13,884 bases of DNA from Candidatus Brocadiia bacterium (GTDB taxonomy: Bacteria; Planctomycetota; Brocadiia; SM23-32): positions 1-13,884 of the forward strand of contig JBKHIT010000089.1 in assembly GCA_046538485.1 (NCBI GenBank), given 5' to 3'. Below are positions 7,708 to 13,884 of this stretch, piece after piece. The translations under genes and the position numbers were made by a program. Each line of letters opens with the position of its first letter. Position 1 is the stretch's first letter. The notes under the pieces are model-generated. The model saw nothing but the letters and a program-made list of their open reading frames with translations. It searched no databases and was not told the origin of the DNA.

Positions 7708-9327
7708 CTATCCTCGCAGTTTTTTCGAAGTCTTAGCGCGCAAAATAATCGCGGTAACGTTCAAAAGCAGCACCAGGCCAATCAAGGTAAAAACCATTCC
7801 GTATTGGACGTGACGAATTTCACTGCCCGAGGGCTCCCCAATGGTCATGTATATGCTATAGGGCAGGGCCGGAGTGGGGCTGATCAAACTGTCGAGCAAT
7901 CCGATTGATTCGCCTCCGCTGAAAGCCACGGCTGCGGTGAAAAGAATGGGGGCCGTCTCCCCGGCGGCCCGGCCCATGCTGATGATTATGCTGGTTATAA
8001 TACCGGGCAGCGAAGCCGGTAGAATGACCCTCACAATGGTCTGCCACTTGGTGGCCCCAAGGCTCAACGAACCTTCCTTATAGGACTTCGGAACGGCCCG
8101 AATTGCCTCTTCAGAGGCCCGGATAACTGTCGGCAAAACAAGAAGAGCAAGGGTCAGACAACCGATCAGGACACTGCGCCCACGTCCGGCATCTTCCGTT
8201 AAACCGAGTTGAACCATCCATGAACCCAAATTGCTCGACAGATGCATCCAGTTGATGAAAAAGGCGAGTCCAAAAAGCCCAAACACGACGCTGGGCACTC
8301 CTGCCAGCGTGCTGATGCACACCCGCAAAAGGCTGATCAACCGACCTTCGCCCGCGTACTGTGTCAGATAAACGGCCGAGATGACGCCCATGGGAGTCGC
8401 AATGATCATTGTTCCAATCGCCAGCAAAAACGTCCCCAGCACACTCGGCCATATGCCACCGAAAAAGTAACCGCTCTTCGTATCGGGTCTATCAAAGAAA
8501 AAACGCCAGTAAATCGTCCAATGAGGATTGAGCATCTCTTCCAGATTCTCCTCCACATAGGGGAAAACCGAAGCCAGATCCCTGTCACGCTCTACCTGCC
8601 CTCTCTCCTCTTCAGTCAGATCCTCCAGTTCTACACCCTTGTGTTGATAGCGTTTGGACCGTCGCACCTCCACGAGTCCCCCGAAGTGAATGGCCCCTTC
8701 CCCCCGCTCACTGTTATCGGGCTGGACATAATCTTTGCGATAAAGAAAATCATGCAGATACCTCTTTGCTTTATCCCAGCGAGTCACACCATACTGAGAC
8801 CGGGTCAGGGGAGGGACATCATCGTAAGGAAACGGGCCCAGTAACCTTCGCAGACGATCTTTGATCTCGAAATACTCCGCGTAAAGTTTCTCCCAATCCT
8901 TCAGTTGGCCACGGACCGATGGATCGCTCCACCCGATATCGGTCCGGACCTGGGTGAGAGCTTTTTCCAAACCGATCGACCTTTCTCGGACCCGCCGCCG
9001 GAGTTCTTCGGAAACCTGTTTCGACCCAACGGTCTGCGTGAGATAATCCCAGGCCGGTGTCTCATACTCAGCCAGCTTCTCATAGACCGGCTCTCGCGCT
9101 CGATCGGTTCTTTCTATCTCCCCGGCCATTTTCTTCTTGTTGCCCCGGTCGCGATAGTCCCAAAAATACTCTCTTCTCTCCACTGTAGAGCGGAAGACGA
9201 CCGCCTGGATCCCACCCCAAAATATCGGAATAATCACCACGGCCAGTCCGGCTATCATCAGGAACAAAGAGAAAAACCCGGTCCCTGCGAAGGCTTTATC
9301 AAGCAATTTTCTTGTTGAAAGACGCAT
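7708..9327 (-). CDS. pstA: Phosphate ABC transporter permease PstA with a large extracytoplasmic insertion (539 aa)
   Basis: GGIWPSVLGT, LAGVPSVVFGLFG, EAA-loop EGSLSLGATKWQTI and RAAGETAP. GGAGG 8 nt upstream of ATG 9327 (MRLSTRK). Confidence 0.95.
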   Translation of the reverse strand: MRLSTRKLLDKAFAGTGFFSLFLMIAGLAVVIIPIFWGGIQAVVFRSTVERREYFWDYRDRGNKKKMAGEIERTDRAREPVYEKLAEYETPAWDYLTQTVGSKQVSEELRRRVRERSIGLEKALTQVRTDIGWSDPSVRGQLKDWEKLYAEYFEIKDRLRRLLGPFPYDDVPPLTRSQYGVTRWDKAKRYLHDFLYRKDYVQPDNSERGEGAIHFGGLVEVRRSKRYQHKGVELEDLTEEERGQVERDRDLASVFPYVEENLEEMLNPHWTIYWRFFFDRPDTKSGYFFGGIWPSVLGTFLLAIGTMIIATPMGVISAVYLTQYAGEGRLISLLRVCISTLAGVPSVVFGLFGLAFFINWMHLSSNLGSWMVQLGLTEDAGRGRSVLIGCLTLALLVLPTVIRASEEAIRAVPKSYKEGSLSLGATKWQTIVRVILPASLPGIITSIIISMGRAAGETAPILFTAAVAFSGGESIGLLDSLISPTPALPYSIYMTIGEPSGSEIRHVQYGMVFTLIGLVLLLNVTAIILRAKTSKKLRG

Positions 9328-9331
9328 ATGG

Positions 9332-10471
9332 TCAGCCTCCAAGTTTCTTGCGGGTTCGCCGAACCGACCACTCGCTCATAAGGTTGCAAGCGAAGGAGAA
9401 AAGCAGAAGAATAAAAGCCAGAGCAAACAGCGCGTGATAGTGCGTTGTATCGCGGGCCACTTCCCCCATCTCGATGGCGATCGTGGCCGTGATCGGACGC
9501 ACGGGGCTCAAAAGGTTATACCAGGGCTTTGGTATCTGGGTGGCTTTACCGGCCGCCATCACCACCACCATCGTCTCTCCCACCGCGCGCATCACTCCCA
9601 GCAGAACCGCGGCCAGGATCCCGCCCTTGGCGGCGGGAATCACCACCTTGATCATCGTCTCGGCCCGCGTCGCCCCCAACGCGTAACTTCCTTCCCGGAT
9701 TTCCCGTCCTACCGCCGTGAGGGCATCCTCACAGACACTGACCACGGTGGGTAAAGCCATAAGCGCCAGAAACAGAGAAGCATTTAAAGCGTTGGCTCCC
9801 TGTTCAATCTTAAGATTGTAAAGCCACGAACCGGCGAAGTATATTACGCACAGGCAAGCAACAAACATGATGATGAACAGGGCAGGACGGATGAATTTGG
9901 CGGCGTTCTCGGAAAAGAAAGCGCTGATCACCTCGCTGAACACCATCGATCCCAGAAGCGCCGTGGGAGCCGAAACCACCCAGAGGACAACCGACAGAAT
10001 CGGCCCGCCGGCATTTTGCAATAGTGGTGCAAACACGATAAGAGCGAAAAAGCCATAGGCCACCGAGGGGATGGCCGCCAGCAATTCAATAATGGGTTTG
10101 ACGACCTGACGAACGCCGAATGGTACCACATCGCTCAGGCAAACCGCTGCCGAAATGCCCATTGGTACACAGACTAAACAGGCTCCAAAAGTCACCAGAC
10201 CGGTCGAGAGAAATATTCCCAGAGCTCCGAAACTGCGCCGGGCTCCCTCAGCGGTCGGATCCCAAACATCGTTGTGGAAAAAACCGAAAGGCCCCACTTC
10301 CCGAAAAAAGGGGAACGCATCTTTGAACATAAAGGCCAGTATGAACAGAATCCCGGCTGCCGAAATGACAGTAACCAGAAGAAGAAACCCTCGCCCCAGG
10401 GTCTTCTTGATCCAATTCCCAATCTCAGCTCTTCGGCTGAGCTGAAGTTCGTCTCTTTGGGGTTCCTTCAT
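9332..10471 (-). CDS. pstC: Phosphate ABC transporter permease PstC (379 aa)
   Basis: ELLAAIPSVAYG, EGSYALGATRAET, RAVGETMVVVM and HYHALFA. Start placed at ATG 10471 (MKEPQ) after AGGAG, because the longer ORF start at 10534 runs through the intergenic hairpin. Confidence 0.95.
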   Translation of the reverse strand: MKEPQRDELQLSRRAEIGNWIKKTLGRGFLLLVTVISAAGILFILAFMFKDAFPFFREVGPFGFFHNDVWDPTAEGARRSFGALGIFLSTGLVTFGACLVCVPMGISAAVCLSDVVPFGVRQVVKPIIELLAAIPSVAYGFFALIVFAPLLQNAGGPILSVVLWVVSAPTALLGSMVFSEVISAFFSENAAKFIRPALFIIMFVACLCVIYFAGSWLYNLKIEQGANALNASLFLALMALPTVVSVCEDALTAVGREIREGSYALGATRAETMIKVVIPAAKGGILAAVLLGVMRAVGETMVVVMAAGKATQIPKPWYNLLSPVRPITATIAIEMGEVARDTTHYHALFALAFILLLFSFACNLMSEWSVRRTRKKLGG

Positions 10472-10502
10472 CGGACTCCTCATGCTTCCGATTACCCGAA
10501 GA

Positions 10503-10528
10503 AACCGCCCGCGCGAAGGCGGGCGGTT
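10503..10528 (-). terminator. GC-rich stem-loop between pstS and pstC (partial terminator or mRNA stabiliser)
   Basis: Perfect 10-bp stem AACCGCCCGC/GCGGGCGGTT with a 6-nt loop, followed on the minus strand by a weak U-tract (TCTT). Confidence 0.65.
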
Positions 10529-10558
10529 CCTCAAGGATCTCCTAGAATGCTGACTCGC

Positions 10559-11401
10559 TCAGTACTGGGTCACGGGCACGTAACCGATGTCTTTGATCAT
10601 CTCCTGCCCGTAAGGTTTCAGATACATGGTCACGATGGCCTGCTCGGGCGAACCCAGCGCAGGATATCCGTTGGTAACCATGAACAACGGACGCGCGATG
10701 GCGTACTGTCCCGAACCGACAGTCTTCACGTTCGGTTTCACGCCGTTAACGGCGACGGCTTTGACACCTTCGATGTAACCGAGTCCCAGGTAACCAATGG
10801 CGGACTGAGTGGTTTTCACGCGTTGCTGGACCTCGGCGTTACTGGCCGCTCGTTCGGCCCCTCCAGTGAGACGATCACCTTTGAGAACCAGATCTCCAAA
10901 AACCTCGAAGGTTCCGCTGGTACTGTCGCGGCTGATCACGACAATGTCCTTGTTGGGGCCACCAACTTCGTTCCAGTTCGCGATTTTGCCGTTGTAGATC
11001 TTGCGCAGCTGTTCCAGCGTCAGCCCGTTGACCGGGTTGCTCGGGTGAACGGCTACGGCAATACCATCCATCGCGACGGTGTGAAAGACCGGGTGAATGC
11101 CATCATCGATCGCCATTTTGAACTCCTTGTCCTTCATAAACCGCGACATGCACGCGATGTCGCAACTGCCCTGGACAAGGCTTTTGGCGCCGTTACCACT
11201 GCCGGTCCCGCTCACAGTGACCTTCACGTCAGGATGCTTCGCCATATAATAACCGGCAAAAGCTTTCGCAATCGGATAAACGGTCGTTGAACCGTCCATC
11301 ACGACTTTCTCCCTGGCCATCGCGGTCGGGGTGAAACCGAACGCTGCCAACATGACAACGATAAGCCCAGCTATTGCAACAATTTTCATCCTTGCGAACA
11401 T
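10559..11401 (-). CDS. pstS: Phosphate ABC transporter substrate-binding protein PstS
   Basis: Signal peptide ending AMA. Motifs DGSTTVYPIA, GTGSGNG, SR, DGIAVAVH, SRDSTSGT, AIGYLG and YAIARPLF. RBS AAGGAGAAGGAGAG. Confidence 0.96.
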   Translation of the reverse strand: MFARMKIVAIAGLIVVMLAAFGFTPTAMAREKVVMDGSTTVYPIAKAFAGYYMAKHPDVKVTVSGTGSGNGAKSLVQGSCDIACMSRFMKDKEFKMAIDDGIHPVFHTVAMDGIAVAVHPSNPVNGLTLEQLRKIYNGKIANWNEVGGPNKDIVVISRDSTSGTFEVFGDLVLKGDRLTGGAERAASNAEVQQRVKTTQSAIGYLGLGYIEGVKAVAVNGVKPNVKTVGSGQYAIARPLFMVTNGYPALGSPEQAIVTMYLKPYGQEMIKDIGYVPVTQY

Positions 11402-11421
11402 TGCTACTCTCCTTCTCCTTG

Positions 11422-11574
11422 TTAAGGTGTTAAAACTTGTCCGAGTACGAAGGTGCTTTCCCCGTAATCAGCCCTCATGAAACGGCTGAGACTGGTTTGA
11501 GGAACGGTAAAAAACGGATTGCCAGGACAAAGCTTTTGAAACAGGAGAAACGACAGCAATAACAAATGTCTCAT
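11422..11574 (-). CDS. Possible small leader ORF (50 aa) upstream of pstS
   Basis: MRHLLLLSFLLFQKLC...; starts just after the predicted Pho-type promoter and its TAA abuts the pstS RBS. SD spacing is poor. Confidence 0.2.
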   Translation of the reverse strand: MRHLLLLSFLLFQKLCPGNPFFTVPQTSLSRFMRADYGESTFVLGQVLTP

Positions 11575-11591
11575 CGCTCCATCTCTTTTGA

Positions 11592-11645
11592 ATTTTACGA
11601 GCGAATTGTTAGAGAAATGTGAGCGCAGCATGAGCGTTTGTTTAA
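11592..11645 (-). promoter_or_regulatory. Putative Pho-box promoter of pstS
   Basis: Minus strand TTAAAC-N5-CTCATG-N5-CTCACA-N5-CTAACA-N9-TAAAAT, with half-sites phased at 11 bp. Confidence 0.65.
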
Positions 11646-11759
11646 TCGCCGGTCGTCTCATCCCTTTGCCTGCTTTCTCCTGGTTTCCGGTAAGTAAACA
11701 GGAAGTAAGCGCACCCGGGTGTGCAGCGCACCCCTCGGGGCGCGGGAAGCTACTAAAGT

Positions 11760-13070
11760 TTAGAAACTGACACTGACTCCACCTTCCCAGTAGCCGTAAT
11801 CGTTGTTCTGATCGTCCTCATCAAAGTTGACGTCCGCATAGAGAACTTCGAACGCAACGCGATCTGTAATATCGGCTTCGATCTCCAGATCGATTTCATG
11901 GGCGTCGCTATCCGTCTGACCTGTATCATCCCGGTCATCGTCAGCTATTCCGTAAGCCATACCGATCTCCAGCGCGCCGAAATCGTAGCCCAATTTCAGA
12001 AAGTACGTGGAAGTATCAGCCCAGCCCCCGATTTCCTCCATCGGGGCAAAATCGTCTTGGAAGAGACCGGTTCCATTTGGCGCATTGACGACCTCGTCAT
12101 CCAGATAATAGTAACCGGCGCCGATGGACGCTTGGCCAATACGTACTTTGCACTCAAGCAAGTATTGATTCCAATCTTCGTCGGTGGAGGAGATAGAACT
12201 GGGCGTATCCTCATTGTGCTCGCTCCATGTGCCGCCGAAGGATATCGACATGTTTTCATCCATCTCAACCTTTCCTTCAGCTTCCAAACCATATACGAGG
12301 ACAACATCCTCGTGCCGATGAACGAAAGGCATAACCGAAAAGTTATCGCCGCTGATGACGGCCATCAGGGAATAACCCCAGTTGCCGGCATCGTTGAGTT
12401 CATCCATCTCGCTTTCACCACCGATTTCGTCGGCCCCGGAATCATCGGCCCATTCTTCGACGGCCGAAAAATACACGTCCACCATCTGGGGATCTTTCAC
12501 GGCAATTTCGAATCCCTGATGAAAATCACCGTCCATAACGGCCGATTTCTTGAACTTTTTACGACCTACAAGCACCGACGATTTGGTGTTCGGAAAAGAA
12601 TAACGAATGAACGCTTCATTCAGCGCCGCATCGTCGTCGTAATTGTCCGTGTAATCGTCGCCATTGACCCAATCTGCGGTGGGAACGTCCCACTCTTCGT
12701 GATCCCACCAGATCTGATTGACGGCGATCCCGCCGATGCCGAACTGCAGCCCGTTCACCGAAGCGCTCTCAAAAGCCATCTCGATGTAACCGGTGCCGAA
12801 AAAGTAATCCGCATCTTCTCCCTCTCCCACGGCGCCCGCAGGATCGGGATCGTCCGGGTCGGTGCCTTCAAAATAGACACCGGCCTCGCCTTTAAGTTCG
12901 CCCTCTTGGATGGCCTTGTCTAAGGCCGTTCCACTGAGCATACTATCAGCGGTTATATCGAAACCGATAGGACGTAGCTCATTTCCTTCTGTTTCTGCGG
13001 CTCTGGCTCCAACCACAACGCTCAACACGAGCGCGCAGGCCAAAATTGCCACCAGTTTAAGCTTTTTCAT
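11760..13070 (-). CDS. Outer-membrane beta-barrel protein (putative porin), highly acidic, likely Pho-regulated
   Basis: Signal peptide ending ARA. Amphipathic beta-strand pattern with a C-terminal strand WEGGVSVSF ending in Phe. Porin-like LNEAFIRY...VLVGR segment. RBS AAAGGAG. Located at the head of the pst cluster. Confidence 0.8.
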   Translation of the reverse strand: MKKLKLVAILACALVLSVVVGARAAETEGNELRPIGFDITADSMLSGTALDKAIQEGELKGEAGVYFEGTDPDDPDPAGAVGEGEDADYFFGTGYIEMAFESASVNGLQFGIGGIAVNQIWWDHEEWDVPTADWVNGDDYTDNYDDDAALNEAFIRYSFPNTKSSVLVGRKKFKKSAVMDGDFHQGFEIAVKDPQMVDVYFSAVEEWADDSGADEIGGESEMDELNDAGNWGYSLMAVISGDNFSVMPFVHRHEDVVLVYGLEAEGKVEMDENMSISFGGTWSEHNEDTPSSISSTDEDWNQYLLECKVRIGQASIGAGYYYLDDEVVNAPNGTGLFQDDFAPMEEIGGWADTSTYFLKLGYDFGALEIGMAYGIADDDRDDTGQTDSDAHEIDLEIEADITDRVAFEVLYADVNFDEDDQNNDYGYWEGGVSVSF

Positions 13071-13177
13071 CTGAACTGTTCTCCTTTAACAGTTTCTTTA
13101 CCTTCTCCTGAAAAAATGAGTCCTAAAAACAAAATCTTCAGCTTTCTCGCGTATTTCCTCCTCTTCGCAAAAGTCAT
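13067..13177 (-). CDS. Possible small ORF (36 aa) translationally coupled to the porin
   Basis: GGAG-6 nt-ATG. MTFAKRRKYARKLKILFLGLIFSGEGKETVKGEQFR; the stop TGA overlaps the porin ATG (ATGA). Translated by hand, as it is below the ORF-track cutoff. Confidence 0.3.
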   Translation of the reverse strand: MTFAKRRKYARKLKILFLGLIFSGEGKETVKGEQFR

Positions 13178-13246
13178 CGTTATCTCCAATTGCGTTTCAC
13201 CATTTACCGTCGTCACCCTTTCCCGTTTTCCTCTGGCTACCAAGAA

Positions 13247-13300
13247 AATTTAACCGCTCAGTATCAACTCGTTGTGAAGGAAGTGTTAACTTTTTATGAG
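13247..13300 (-). promoter_or_regulatory. Putative Pho-box promoter of the porin gene
   Basis: Minus strand CTCATA-N5-TTAACA-N5-TTCACA-N5-TTGATA-N9-TAAATT. Confidence 0.7.
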
Positions 13301-13613
13301 CGGCACAGATATCAAATTCCCGTCCCAATCAGAAAAAACATTCCCCAGGAAATGAGAGCGACACCCTTAAGAATGCACACTCTGGAGGTGGTTAAGTTTC
13401 TTCCCGTAAACATCATCAGGCAGGAAAAGCGATTGAATACGGAGGGTATCGCTCGCGGAACACACCGTTTGCTGACACCAAGGTGGGAGATAAAAATAGG
13501 AAATTAGAATTGCCGTAATGGCTATTTAATGATGAAAGGTCTCTCCACAATCTGCCAACCCGTTAACAGTTACATAACATCAGACAAAATGGTTCATTAA
13601 CCCGCTTTTCTCA

Positions 13614-13710
13614 AGCGGCGCCAGTGCTGCAGCTGCGCGGAAGGCAAAGGCGGGTGTATTCTCATACCCCAACTGCAGCCTGACAAAGCAGATGCAGCGC
13701 TGGCGCCGCT
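13614..13710. repeat. Long inverted repeat (23-bp arms, 51-nt interior); palindromic element or structured RNA
   Basis: AGCGGCGCCAGTGCTGCAGCTGC versus GCAGATGCAGCGCTGGCGCCGCT gives 21/23 Watson-Crick pairs plus one G-T. Inner hairpin GGG(TG)TAT-tctc-ATACCC. Confidence 0.75.
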
Positions 13711-13801
13711 CCCGGAGGGCAAACCGCTCCCTTGAGGCTGAGATTACACACTGTGTACCGAGATCAGATGTGAAATATAGCGCAAAGTCTTTCTGTGCTG
13801 T

Positions 13802-13829
13802 CGCTTATAATAATTATACCTTAGGTTCG
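13802..13829. repeat. 28 bp direct repeat, right copy
   Basis: CGCTTATAATAATTATACCTTAGGTTCG; matches 6009-6037. Confidence 0.85.
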
Positions 13830-13884
13830 GTAGAGTCGAAGACTGGCGCGTCTGGGTTAGGTCGACGTTTGTTTTCTCTGTTTC

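Noticed and set aside
11420..11433. TTAACA-cc-TTAACA beside the pstS RBS as a Pho box
   Set aside because: The 8-bp period does not fit the 11-bp phasing, and it is too close to the RBS.
10274..12923. Long plus-strand ORFs 10274-11290 and 11898-12923
   Set aside because: Antisense shadows of pstS and the porin, consistent with codon bias, with no protein features.
13190..13507. 105-aa plus-strand ORF
   Set aside because: TTG start without an RBS, overlaps the porin's Pho-type promoter, and has no recognisable features.
13563..13579. TTAACA-N5-ATAACA as a divergent Pho box
   Set aside because: Correct phasing but only two half-sites, no -10 at the expected distance and no plus-strand gene within the window; cannot be supported without downstream sequence.

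Overview
Bacterial genomic window with all well-supported genes on the minus strand. A PVC-superphylum or Planctomycetota-like host is inferred from the kinase architecture and repeat style, not proven. Reading right to left: a very acidic outer-membrane beta-barrel gene, then pstS-pstC-pstA-pstB-phoU (phosphate ABC uptake and signalling); a membrane Ser/Thr kinase with a C-terminal FGE/SUMF1-like domain; a coiled-coil lipoprotein; a cytoplasmic Asp-box (sialidase-fold) protein; and about 690 bp of non-coding, hairpin-rich repeat mosaic. Main non-obvious observations: (1) a near-identical 28-29 bp direct repeat (6009-6037 and 13802-13829) brackets the whole porin-pst-phoU module; (2) two promoters with identical geometry (four 11-bp-phased Pho-box-like half-sites, 9 nt, then a -10) precede the porin and pstS, implying a Pho-regulated porin that is atypically acidic; (3) each of the two long leaders holds a small basic/hydrophobic ORF ending at the downstream gene's start; (4) PstA and PstC carry extra domains; (5) a ~140-150 bp structured repeat with a length-conserved spacer occurs twice at the left end.
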